NCBI GenBank assembly: GCA_965197385.1
Contig: CBDANA010000009.1
Location: forward strand, 788,558 to 852,557
DNA length: 64,000 bases
Reading direction: 5' to 3'
Source: Vicinamibacterales bacterium
Lineage (GTDB): Bacteria > Acidobacteriota > Vicinamibacteria > Vicinamibacterales > UBA823
Part shown: piece after piece, positions 1 to 9,218 of the stretch
How positions within the stretch are numbered: position 1 is the stretch's first letter
Layout: the number at the start of each line of letters is the position of its first letter
Translations under genes and position numbers: made by a program
The notes under the pieces: model-generated
What the model was told of the DNA's origin: nothing
Seen by the model: only the letters and a program-made list of their open reading frames with translations
The model's database searches: none

Positions 1-1
1 A

Positions 2-759
2 CGATCGCTGCGCCGCGAGACCGAGCTGTTCTTCGAGCACCTTGTTCGAGACGATCGCAGCGTGCTCGATCTGCTCGATGCCGATTACACATTCGTGGAC
101 GAGCGCGTCGCGAAGCACTATGGGATTCCGAACGTCACCGGCACACGCTTCCGGCGCGTCAGTCTGCCCGAGGAGCGGCGCGGGATCCTCGGCCACGGCA
201 GTATCCTGGCGTCGACGTCACTGGCCAATCGGACGTCGCCGGTGCTGCGCGGCAAGTGGGTGATGGAGGTGCTGCTCGGCAGCCCGCCGCCACCGCCCAA
301 CGTGCCGGAGCTCGAGGAGACCGAGGCGGTCGCGGGTGAGCGCCGGCTGTCGGTGCGGGAGCGGATGGAAGAGCATCGCTCGAACCCAGCCTACAGCTCG
401 TGCCATCGCGTCATCGACCCGCTCGGACTGGCGCTGGAGAACTTCGACGTCACGGGAGCCTGGCGCCTCAAGGACAGCGGCATGCCGATCGACCCGTCCG
501 GCGACCTGTACGACGGCACGCCGCTCAACGGCCCGGCAGATTTGCGCAAAGCGCTCCTGCATCGCTCACGAACGTTTCTCACGACCTTTACCGAGAACTT
601 GATGGCCTACGCCATCGGCCGTCGGATCGAGTACTACGACATGCCGGCGGTGCGGGCCATCATGCGGAACGCTGCCGAGCACGACCATCGAATGTCGGCA
701 TTCATTCTCGGCATCGCCAACAGTGCGCCGTTCCAGATGAGCCAGGCCAGCTGCGCTGA
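2..759 (+). CDS. DUF1588/DUF1592-family (PSD1-like) protein, C-terminal part; the 5' end is outside the window and the 3' end is uncertain
   Basis: In the frame of ORF 62..1549: DADYTFVDERVAKHYGIP, TSPVLRGKWV, PPPPPNVPEL and SCHRVIDPLGLALENFD are typical of this family. Homology ends near ...SAPFQM (~740), but no in-frame stop follows. The nearest stop is TGA 757-759 in another frame. Confidence 0.6.
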
Positions 760-836
760 CCGAAGATGCACCAGCGGAGCCGGCCGCTCAAGACGTCGAG
801 CGACCGATACTGACCCGACCCCAGGAGACAGAGGCG

Positions 837-2144
837 ATGTACATCACCAAGAAACATCTTTCGCGCCGCACGGTCCTCCGTGGCATGGGCGCGCTGCCGA
901 TGCTCCGCCATGGTGCCGGCGATTCGTTGAAGGCAGCCTCCTGGCAATCGAGATGGTGCATCGGCCGCCGACGAAGGTGGGTATCACCAAGTCGTCGCCG
1001 GCCGCCGCCGGAAGCGAGTTCGACCTCAGCCCGACGAGCATGCGTCCGCTCGAGCCGCTGCGCGAGCACCTCACGATCGTGAGCAACACTGGCATCCGCA
1101 ACGCCGAAGCGTTCACGGCGCCCGAGACGGGCGGCGACCACTTCCGGTCCAGCGCGACCTTCCTTACGCAGGAGCTCCGAAGCAGACGGAGGGATCCGAC
1201 ATCCACGTCGAACGATGGATCAGCTGTACGCGCAGCGGTTCGGCCAGGACGACGATGCAGCTCTGCATCGAGAAGATCAGTCAGGAGGCTGCGCGTACGG
1301 CTACGCCTGCGTCTACACCGACACGATCAGCTGGGCGTCGCCGACCGAGCCGCTGCCGATGGTGCGCGACCCACGCGTGGCCTTCGACCAGCTCTTCGGC
1401 GCCGGCGGCACGCCCGAAGAGCGCGCCGCGCGCCGCCGCACCGACAGCAGCCTCCTGGACTGGATCGCCGACGAGGTCGTTCGGCTCAAGCGAACGCTGG
1501 GGCCGACCGACCGGAATCGGCTGGACGACTATCTGGACGACGTCCGTGAGATCGAGCGCCGAATCCAGCGGATCGAGGCGGTGAACACGAGCGGCGAGCC
1601 GCGGGAGCTGCCCGAAGCGCCGATCGGCGTTCCCGACTCCTTCCGGGAGCACGTCGAAGTCATGTTCGATCTCCAGGCACTGGCCTTCCAGTCGGACCTG
1701 ACGCGCGTATTCTCGTTCAAGATGGGCCGCGACGCCTCAGGGCGCACGTACCCCGAGAGCGGTACCGCGCGCGGCTTCCACCCAGCGTCACATCACGGCG
1801 AGCGGGAGGACCGGGTACTCGAGTTCGCCAAGATCAACGCCTATCATGTCAGCTTGATCCCGTACTTCCTGAACAAGCTGAGGAGCATTCCCGACGGGGA
1901 TGCCACGCTGCTCGACCGGACGCTCGTTCTCTACGGATCGCCGATGGGTAACTCCAACGTCCACAACCACAAGCGCTGCCCGCTGTTCCTCGCCGGTCAC
2001 GCGAACAGCCAGCTCCAAGGCAACCTCCACGTGATCGCGGACGATCGCACGCCGATGGCCAACGTCATGTTGACCCTGCTGCACAAGCTTGGGCTCAACG
2101 ATCTGGAGAGCTTCGGCGACAGCACGGGTACGCTGTCGATCTGA
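837..2144 (+). pseudogene. DUF1552-family protein, multiply frameshifted
   Basis: AGGAGA RBS plus ATG 837 gives MYITKKHLSRRTVLRGMGA. Family-like segments then hop frames: AMVPAI, then RFV..AIEMVH..EFDLSPTSMRPLEPLREHLTIVSN..GGDHFRSSATFLTQ, then MDQLYAQRFGQD, then QLCIE, then GGCAYGYACVYTDTISW. The last frame runs intact to 2144. Confidence 0.75.
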
Positions 2145-2188
2145 TTGCAGACCACCGGAAGCGCTACACATCTGTCGGAGGGTGTCTG

Positions 2189-3892
2189 ATGCGGGGTACG
2201 AAGATCCTCGGCGGCTTCACGGTGAGCGTCATCGCGGCGCTCTACTTTCCCTTGCTCGCGGCGGTCGAATCGCCGGTGGCGGATGCCGCCATGCACGGCG
2301 ACACCGAGACGGTCCGGGCACTGCTGACGGACGGCGTCGATGCCAACACGGCGCAGGGCGACGGCATGACGGCGCTGCACTGGACGGCGGTTAACGGTGA
2401 TGTCGAGACGGCGCAGATGCTGCTCTACGCCGGAGCCAACGTGCGCGCCACGACCCGGCTTGGCACCTACACTTCGCTCCTGCTCGCGGCAGCCTCCGGT
2501 TCGGCCGAGGCCGTCACGACCCTCATTGCGAGCGGGGCCGACGTGAACGCGCTGGAATCGGGGCGCGGCCAGACGGCGCTCATGTTCGCCGCCGCGCTCG
2601 GCCGCGCGCAGGCGCTCGACGTGCTGCTGGCGCACGGCGCCGACACCACCCTGGCCACCACGGTGGTGGATGTCGTTGAGGTGGACAAGGAACTCAAGGC
2701 CGCCCGGAAGCAGCGCCAGGAGCGGGTCGATTCTGAGCTTAAGGCGGCGGTGGAAGCGGGCCTCGCAGCCAACCCGGACGTCATCCAACCGGAGCCCGAG
2801 GCCGAGCCACAGGACGAATCCGGCGGTCCCAATATCTTCAAGCGGTTCTTCGCCTGGATCGTTCTGGGTGGCGGCGGCGAAAACGATGAAAAGGGGCCCG
2901 AGCGACTCTCCTACGTACAGCTGGTCGGAAAACAGGGCGGTTTGACACCCCTGCATTTCGCCGCGCGCCAAGGCCATACCGACTCGGTCAAGAGCCTCCT
3001 GGCTGCCGGCGCCGACATCAATGCCCCGACCGGCGACGGGACGACACCGATCCTGATCTCGACGATCAACGGCCACTTCGACCTGTCGCAGTACCTGCTC
3101 GACCAGGGAGCGGACGCCACGATCGCCAGCGAAGCCGGTGCCACCCCGCTGTACGCGACGATCAACATGGAGTATGCGCCGCGCACGCTGCACCCGCAGC
3201 CGACCGCGTTTCGGCAGCAGCGGGTCACGTATCTGGAATTGATGGACGCGTTGCTGGATGCCGGCGTCGACGTGAACGCCAGGCTCTCAAAGAAGATCTG
3301 GTATTCGGGCTACAACTTCGATCTATCAAACGTGAACGAGACCGGCGGCACCGCCTTTTGGCGCGCGGCCTATGCGAGCGACATCGAGGCGATGCGTCTG
3401 CTCGTCGCCCGGGCCGCCGATCCCGACATCCGGACCCAGAAGACTCCCAGACGTCGTCGCCGTAGCGACCCGGACCCGAAGGACGACCCGTCTGGCTTGC
3501 GACCGGTCCCTGTGGGCGCGCCTGCCGTCACGCCACTCCAGGCGGCCGCCGGTGTCGGCTACGGATTCGGCTTTGCCGCCAACTCGCATCAGTTCCATCC
3601 CGGCGGCATGTTGCGCGCCGTCAGGTATCTCGTGGAGGAACTGGGCGCTGACGTGAACGCCCGCGACCATGACGGCTACACGGCGATGCACCACGCCGCC
3701 GCCAGGGGCGACAACGAGATGATCCAGTATCTGGTCTCGAAGGGGGCGGATGCGACGTTCGTCAGCCGACGAGGCCAGACGACGGTCGACATGGCGAACG
3801 GTCCGGTGCAGCGCATCGAGCCGTTCCCGGCGACCATCGCGCTCCTGGAGAGCCTGGGCGCCGTCAACAACCACAACTGCGTGTCCTGCTAG
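2189..3892 (+). CDS. secreted ankyrin-repeat protein
   Basis: N-terminal hydrophobic signal followed by many ANK repeats (GDGMTALHWTAVNGDVETAQMLLYAGANV, GLTPLHFAARQGHTDSVKSLLAAGADINA, GYTAMHHAAARGDNEMIQYLVSKGAD). Confidence 0.85.
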   Translation: MRGTKILGGFTVSVIAALYFPLLAAVESPVADAAMHGDTETVRALLTDGVDANTAQGDGMTALHWTAVNGDVETAQMLLYAGANVRATTRLGTYTSLLLAAASGSAEAVTTLIASGADVNALESGRGQTALMFAAALGRAQALDVLLAHGADTTLATTVVDVVEVDKELKAARKQRQERVDSELKAAVEAGLAANPDVIQPEPEAEPQDESGGPNIFKRFFAWIVLGGGGENDEKGPERLSYVQLVGKQGGLTPLHFAARQGHTDSVKSLLAAGADINAPTGDGTTPILISTINGHFDLSQYLLDQGADATIASEAGATPLYATINMEYAPRTLHPQPTAFRQQRVTYLELMDALLDAGVDVNARLSKKIWYSGYNFDLSNVNETGGTAFWRAAYASDIEAMRLLVARAADPDIRTQKTPRRRRRSDPDPKDDPSGLRPVPVGAPAVTPLQAAAGVGYGFGFAANSHQFHPGGMLRAVRYLVEELGADVNARDHDGYTAMHHAAARGDNEMIQYLVSKGADATFVSRRGQTTVDMANGPVQRIEPFPATIALLESLGAVNNHNCVSC

Positions 3893-3924
3893 CAGCCCTG
3901 CGCGCGAGGTTACGCATGGCTGGC
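3889..3924. repeat. mini palindrome starting with the CTAGCAGCCC repeat head
   Basis: CTAGCAGCCCTGCG...CGCATGGCTGGC form imperfectly complementary arms. The CTAG contains the ankyrin gene stop, and the right arm contains ATG 3916 of the next gene. Confidence 0.3.
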
Positions 3925-4581
3925 AACTTCCCGGTCGGCGGACGGAGCGTCTCGCGTCGCGAGCTGATCAAGCGCGCGCTCATAGCCGGCGCGGCGGCGA
4001 CCATGTCGGCCGAGACACTCGCGCACGCCGGGTCCGACCAGACGCCGTTCGACACGTTCGACACACTGTCACGGGCCGAAGCCGAAACCCTCCAGGCCAT
4101 CGTGGCCCGTCTCATCCCAACCGACGAGCGCGGCCCCGGCGCGAGCGAAGCCCGTGCGGAGCACTACATCGACCAGGCGCTGGCCGGCGCCCTGTCCGCG
4201 TCACGCCAGGCCTACGCCGACGGCCTGGCCGGCGTCGACGCCTACGCGCGAACGTCGAAAGGCGCCCTCTTCGCGTCGCTTCCAGCCGACGATCAGGACG
4301 CCGTCCTGCGCGAGATGGAGGCCAACACGGCAACCGGCTTCAGCCCGGACGCTTCGACCTTCTTCGAGCTGCTCCGCACCCATACGATCGAAGGCACCTT
4401 CGGCGATCCGTATTACGGCGGCAACACGAATTTCGTCGGGTGGGACCTGATTGGGTATCCAGGGGTCCGCGTGGTCGTCACGCCTCGCCACCAGCGGCTC
4501 GACATCGCGCCGCGGCCGGTCCACCGGTCGGCCTACGATTTTGGACGATTCGTGAAGGAAGTGCTGAACCGTGGCCGTTGA
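3916..4581 (+). CDS. gluconate 2-dehydrogenase subunit 3-family protein (Tat signal)
   Basis: Twin-arginine motif SRRELIKRALIAGAAA. Small subunit positioned directly upstream of, and overlapping, a GMC flavoprotein gene, which is the usual pairing. Confidence 0.7.
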   Translation: MAGNFPVGGRSVSRRELIKRALIAGAAATMSAETLAHAGSDQTPFDTFDTLSRAEAETLQAIVARLIPTDERGPGASEARAEHYIDQALAGALSASRQAYADGLAGVDAYARTSKGALFASLPADDQDAVLREMEANTATGFSPDASTFFELLRTHTIEGTFGDPYYGGNTNFVGWDLIGYPGVRVVVTPRHQRLDIAPRPVHRSAYDFGRFVKEVLNRGR

Positions 4582-6280
4582 CCTGCCGAAGACGGACGTG
4601 GTGATTGTCGGACTGGGTGCCGTCGGCGGCGTGGCCGCGTTGCCGCTCACGCGGGCTGGCCGCGATGTCATCGGGCTCGAAGCGGGCGCATGGATGCGCC
4701 GCCGCGACTTCGCCCCGGACGAGCTGCGCAACGGCGCCAGGGGATGGCCCCACGCGGTTCAGAAGGCGAACCGGGAGATTCCCGTGCACCGGCCGAACGC
4801 ATCAGCACCGGATTCCCCCCGGCTGACCGTCCATCCGATGATGAACGCGGTCGGCGGCACATCCCTCCACTATTGGGGCCAGAGCTGGCGCTTGAACCCC
4901 TGGGACTTCAAGGTCGTGAGCGAGACGACCCGGCGGTACGGCGCGGCGCGGATCCCCACTGGCTCGACGGTCGAAGACTGGCCGTTCGGGCTCAAGGAGC
5001 TCGAGCCGTTCTACGACCTGGTCGAGTACGAAGTGGGCGTCTCGGGTCAGGCCGGCAATATCAACGGCGCGATCGACCGGCGGGGCAACGTCTTCGAAGG
5101 CCCCCGCCGGCGTGACTATCCGATGCCGCCGCTCCGGGGCACGGGCTTCACCGAGCTCATGACGGACGCGGCACGAAGTCTCGACTGGCATCCGTTTCCC
5201 GGCCCGGCGGCCGTCAATTCCCAGCCGTACCAGAACCGAGCAGCGTGCGTCTATCACGGATTCTGCAGCCGCGGGGGCTGCCATGTCGACGCGAAGAGCT
5301 CCACCGCTGTGTCGACGATCCCGATGGCGCAGGAGACCGGGCACCTATCGGTCATCACGCATGCCCATGTCATCTCGGTCGGCGTCGATGGCAACGGTCG
5401 CGTCACCGGGGTGACCTATCGTAAAAACGGTGAAACCTACGTTCAGCCTGCCGAGGTGGTATTGCTCGGCACCTACACCTACGAGAACGTACGGACCCTC
5501 CTTCTCTCGATGTCGCGAGCCTACCCGGACGGCCTCTCGAACAACCACGGGCAGGTCGGCCGCCATTACTTCAGCCACAACATGGGGGCGGGCGTCCTCG
5601 CGCTCTTCCCGTCGAACCTGAACACGTGGTACGGCTTGCCCGCACAGGGCGTCGCGGTGGATGACTGGGCCGACGACAATTTCGACCACACCGATCTCGA
5701 CTTCATCGGGGGCGGCAACCTCTGGATCTACACCGAGCGACAACCGATCTCGGCGGCCAGGATGAACACATTTGGCCGCGCCCCGCGATGGGGCTCGGCC
5801 TGGAAACGGTTCGTCACGGAGAACGCCGACCGCTGGACCGGTACCTACATCCAGAAGACGACGCTGCCGTACGAAGACAACTACCTGGACCTGCATCCCA
5901 CCGTGAAGGACCCGCTCGGCTTCCCGGTCTGCCGGATCACCGCCGACTTCAAGGACAACGAGCGCAAAGTCGCCGCCTTCATGCAGGACAAGATGGTGCG
6001 GTGGTTCGAGGAGGCCGGCGCCATCGCCACGGTCCGGCAGTCCATCGGCACCATGCGGGCCACCCACGCCTACGGCGGGACGCGCATGGGTGACAATCCC
6101 GAGACGAACGTCGTCGACCGGTGGGGTTTCTCGCACGAGGCACCGAATCTGGGTGTTCTCGGCGCCTCGGTCATGGGCACGAGCGGCGCCCATAATCCCA
6201 CGTTGACGGCGCAGGCGCTCGCGTGGCGGACAGCCGACCATCTGGTCGAGAACTGGCGCGCGATCGCTAGCAGCCCGTAG
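4571..6280 (+). CDS. GMC-family FAD oxidoreductase (gluconate 2-dehydrogenase alpha-like)
   Basis: N-terminal Rossmann motif DVVIVGLGAVGG..LEAG, C-terminal GMC region HAYGGTRMG..VVD..GASVMGTSGAHNPTLT. The last residues and the stop lie inside repeat 6267-6345. Confidence 0.85.
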   Translation: MAVDLPKTDVVIVGLGAVGGVAALPLTRAGRDVIGLEAGAWMRRRDFAPDELRNGARGWPHAVQKANREIPVHRPNASAPDSPRLTVHPMMNAVGGTSLHYWGQSWRLNPWDFKVVSETTRRYGAARIPTGSTVEDWPFGLKELEPFYDLVEYEVGVSGQAGNINGAIDRRGNVFEGPRRRDYPMPPLRGTGFTELMTDAARSLDWHPFPGPAAVNSQPYQNRAACVYHGFCSRGGCHVDAKSSTAVSTIPMAQETGHLSVITHAHVISVGVDGNGRVTGVTYRKNGETYVQPAEVVLLGTYTYENVRTLLLSMSRAYPDGLSNNHGQVGRHYFSHNMGAGVLALFPSNLNTWYGLPAQGVAVDDWADDNFDHTDLDFIGGGNLWIYTERQPISAARMNTFGRAPRWGSAWKRFVTENADRWTGTYIQKTTLPYEDNYLDLHPTVKDPLGFPVCRITADFKDNERKVAAFMQDKMVRWFEEAGAIATVRQSIGTMRATHAYGGTRMGDNPETNVVDRWGFSHEAPNLGVLGASVMGTSGAHNPTLTAQALAWRTADHLVENWRAIASSP

Positions 6281-6345
6281 TGAAAATCCCGCGTGGCACC
6301 GAGGCAAGATCGACACGCAGCGTTACCCATGACGGCCGCCGCCCG
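6267..6345. repeat. short CTAG-anchored palindromic repeat (REPIN/MITE-like), copy A
   Basis: Left arm CTAGCAGCCCGTAGTGAAAATCC, degenerate right arm GTTACCCATGACGGCCGCCGC. Same head as the copies at 14698, 18401, 29589 and 38239. Confidence 0.45.
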
Positions 6346-6410
6346 CTGGGGTAGACTGGTCCGTCCGGATGGAACCCGCCACCCGGCGCAGACGACCTTG
6401 CACACTGAGG

Positions 6411-7079
6411 ATGACCACCATGACCATGCTCCGAACTCTCGTCGTTGCGACCGCGGTCGTGACCCTTGCGATCCTGGCGTCCGTCGGCGCGACCGCGCAG
6501 GACAACGCCATGACCTTCTTCATCACCAGCGCCGGCCCGGGCGACGGGGCGAACCTCGGCGGGATCGACGGCGCTGACGCGCACTGCCAGATGCTCGCGG
6601 AAGCAGCCGGCAGCACGGGCCACACGTGGCGCGCCTATCTCAGCCAGAGTGCCGCCGGTGGCGGAATGGCGGCCGACGCCCGGGATCGGATCGGTAGCGG
6701 CCCCTGGTACAACGCAAACGCCGTCGAGGTGGCGTCCAGCGTGGCCGACCTACACAGCGCCAACAACGAGCTGAGCAAGGCGAACAGCATCAGCGAGAAG
6801 GGCGACGTCATCAATGGCCGCGGGGACAGCCCGAACATGCACGACGTCCTGACCGGGTCGCAGCCAGACGGCACCGCCTTCACCAACGGCGAGGATCACA
6901 CCTGCAGCAACTGGACGAGCAGCGGCGCCGGCAGCGCCCAGGTCGGCCACCACGACCGGCAGGGTGGCGGTGACAACCCGACCTCGTGGAATGCCGCGCA
7001 CGGCAGCCGGGGGTGCAGTCAGGACGACCTGATCGGTACCGGCGGCAACGGCCTGTATTACTGCTTCGCGACGAACTGA
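6411..7079 (+). CDS. secreted endostatin-like / C-type-lectin-fold (DUF1554-like) protein
   Basis: Signal peptide [80 protein letters not shown] and LYYCFATN align by eye with the collagen XVIII endostatin motifs [46 protein letters not shown] and YIVLCIEN. The start is chosen at the signal peptide (ORF opens at 6369). Confidence 0.6.
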   Translation: [222 protein letters not shown]

Positions 7080-7540
7080 TGTCGGCCGAGCCGGGCACCG
7101 CGATCGTCAAGCTCGACACGCCCGCGAACGCGTGGCGGGAGCTGATCTCTCCCGAGGGCTATCAGGTGCTGTTCCAGGAGGCCACCGAGTCGGCCTTTTC
7201 GAGCCCGTTGAACGCGGAGAAGCGAGGCGGGACTTTCATCTGTGCCGCCTGCTTCCTCCCGCTGTTCGACGCGGAGGCCAAGTTCGACAGCGGCACGGGA
7301 TGGCCGAGCTTCACGGCGGCAATCGACGGCCGGATCGGGACGACGCGCGACACCACAATGCCACTACCGCGGACGGAGTACCACTGCGCCCGCTGCGGAG
7401 GGCATCAGGGGCACGTCTTTCCTGACGGCCCTCCGCCGAACGGCCAGCGATATTGCAACAACGGCGTCGCGTTGCGGTTCGTGCCCACCGGCGAGCCGAT
7501 CCCGGCCCTGCGCGACGGGTCCCGCGCAGCAGCCCCCTAG
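7079..7540 (+). CDS. msrB: peptide-methionine (R)-S-oxide reductase
   Basis: Motifs GTFICAACFLPLF..KFDSGTGWPSF and EYHCARCGGHQGHVFPDGP..RYCNNG. The ATG overlaps the upstream TGA. Confidence 0.9.
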   Translation: MSAEPGTAIVKLDTPANAWRELISPEGYQVLFQEATESAFSSPLNAEKRGGTFICAACFLPLFDAEAKFDSGTGWPSFTAAIDGRIGTTRDTTMPLPRTEYHCARCGGHQGHVFPDGPPPNGQRYCNNGVALRFVPTGEPIPALRDGSRAAAP

Positions 7541-7600
7541 CATTCATCATTCATTCATCCGGGTCGGCTCGCCCGCTCGGGACTGGATGGGCGCCAACCC

Positions 7601-8551
7601 GTGTGTCGGGGTCGTCTGCGGCGGCCGGCCGCTCCGGGGTGCGGCACGGTGAGCACTCAGACGCTCTTCCTCACCGGCGCCACCGGGTTCGTCGGCCGGC
7701 ACGTTGTCACGCGCCTGGATTCCGCCCGTTTTCCGGTCGTGCGCTGTCTCGTCAGACCCGGCGCCGCACGCGCGGCCCAGGACTGGAGCCGTCCGGGACT
7801 GGACATCATTCCGGGCGCGTTGGAAGATCACGCCTCGTACGCCTTCGCGCTCGCCGACGCTGACGTCGTGCTGCACCTTGCCGCGATCACCGGCAGGGCG
7901 TCGCCGCGCACATACCATCGAATCAACGTCGACGGGACGCGCCAGTTGCTGGCCATGGGCCGCGCCCGATTCGTCTTCGTCAGCTCGATCGCCGCCGCGT
8001 TCTCCCGCACCCGCGCCTACCACTACGCCCGATCGAAGCGCGAGGCGGAGGCGCTCGTCCGTGCCTCCGGCCGCAACCACGTCATCGTGCGCCCGACCAT
8101 GGTCTTCGGCCCCGGCTCCCCCGTCGCGGAGAAATTGTCGCGACTGGCGTCGAGTCGGGTGGTCTTCGGCAACGGGCGTGTCCTCGTTCAACCGATCGAC
8201 GTCGGCGATCTCGCCGACCTGCTGGTCACGCTCGCGGCGACCGACCTGCTGCCCGATGACGTGGTTGAGGCGGGCGGGCCTGACGTGATCACACTGGACG
8301 CCCTGCTCGCCGGGATGCGTCGGTCGGCTGGCACTGCCGCTGCCACGTTTTTTCACCTGCCGGTACGCCCGATCATCGAGGGCCTGGCGCTCATCGAGGG
8401 GCTCGGCCTCCGATGTGCCCCGGTGCACGCCGGGCAACTCGCCTCGTTCGTGAATGACAGCACGGCGGACCCGGCCAAGCGTCCGGGTGACTTGCCGGAG
8501 CGGTTGAAGAGCCTGGAGGCAATGCTCGGGAGGCAGGCCGGCGATGCCTGA
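7601..8551 (+). CDS. NAD-dependent epimerase/dehydratase-family (SDR) protein
   Basis: TLFLTGATGFVGRHVV glycine-rich NAD motif and YxxxK-like YARSKREAE. The true start may be GTG near 7649. Confidence 0.75.
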   Translation: MCRGRLRRPAAPGCGTVSTQTLFLTGATGFVGRHVVTRLDSARFPVVRCLVRPGAARAAQDWSRPGLDIIPGALEDHASYAFALADADVVLHLAAITGRASPRTYHRINVDGTRQLLAMGRARFVFVSSIAAAFSRTRAYHYARSKREAEALVRASGRNHVIVRPTMVFGPGSPVAEKLSRLASSRVVFGNGRVLVQPIDVGDLADLLVTLAATDLLPDDVVEAGGPDVITLDALLAGMRRSAGTAAATFFHLPVRPIIEGLALIEGLGLRCAPVHAGQLASFVNDSTADPAKRPGDLPERLKSLEAMLGRQAGDA

Positions 8552-8716
8552 GCGCCAGGTGGACGAACGGCTGGCCCGGGAATACCTGATTTTGACGCGC
8601 TACCTGTCTGGCTCGGACTCGACCACCGCGGTCGTGCACGCCTACCAACGAGCGCACGCGCAGGGTGTCGTCGGCGCCAGGCCGGCCAGATTCAATCGGC
8701 TGCTGACGGCAGCAAC

Positions 8717-9001
8717 GTGAGGCCGGCGAGGAGCTGGTTCGTCGTGCCGAAGAGTAGCCAGAGGACGGTCACCAGCGTCATCCTGGCGAGAGCCGGTCGT
8801 CCGGCCCGCTACACGCTGATTCCAATGGCCTTCGTGACGACCGTAGCGTTGCTGGCCGCCCTCTATCAGCTGTGGGATCTGTACCGAACGTCCCAGTATC
8901 TGTTGCTCCTTCTCGACGTCGTGATCGTCATCTCCGCCGCTATCGTGATGCTCGAGGCGATCTCGGCGCTCACGCCAGCCGGCACCCGACGCGGCGCTTG
9001 A
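8717..9001 (+). CDS. hypothetical small membrane protein (possibly a gene remnant)
   Basis: Two predicted TM helices (IPMAFVTTVALLAALYQLW, LLLLLDVVIVISAAIVMLEAI). No confident family. A 58-codon ORF (8544-8719) precedes it in another frame. Confidence 0.3.
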   Translation: MRPARSWFVVPKSSQRTVTSVILARAGRPARYTLIPMAFVTTVALLAALYQLWDLYRTSQYLLLLLDVVIVISAAIVMLEAISALTPAGTRRGA

Positions 9002-9162
9002 CCGCCAGGACTGCACCGCTTATACTTCGCGTCGACCTGCGGCCATGTCTATCCGTCACGGACTCCGCACTGGCGACGACGCGCGAAGGTACGCGCGTGC
9101 GTACACCGGTGAAGCTGGCTGGTCCAGGCGCTGACCTTTCGTTACGCGCTGCCCTTCGGGAG

Positions 9163-9199
9163 CCCGCCGACCACCACTCACGCGTCGGCGGGTTTTTTT
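9163..9199 (+). terminator. rho-independent terminator-like hairpin, 20 nt upstream of lysW
   Basis: CCCGCCGAC-loop-GTCGGCGGG (9-bp GC stem) followed by TTTTTTT. GGAGGGA RBS and ATG 9219 follow immediately. Confidence 0.6.
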
Positions 9200-9218
9200 G
9201 TGGCAGCCCGGAGGGACC

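Noticed and set aside
1997-3193. Long antisense or alternate-frame ORFs throughout the track (e.g. 1997..3193 -, 5345..6316 -, 7547..8437 -, 18698..19903 -, 22844..24043 +, 26119..27510 -, 26349..27722 +, 28100..29524 -, 46826..48154 +, 62278..63555 +).
   Set aside because: They have Arg/Ala/Gly/Pro-rich low-complexity translations with no recognisable motifs. Each lies opposite or overlapping a gene with clear family signatures. This is the typical open-frame artefact of ~70% GC DNA.
9010-9160. A lysine (L-box) riboswitch upstream of lysW.
   Set aside because: I could not find the conserved L-box core segments or helix pattern by eye. Only the terminal hairpin plus U-tract is solid, so it is reported as an unclassified leader candidate.
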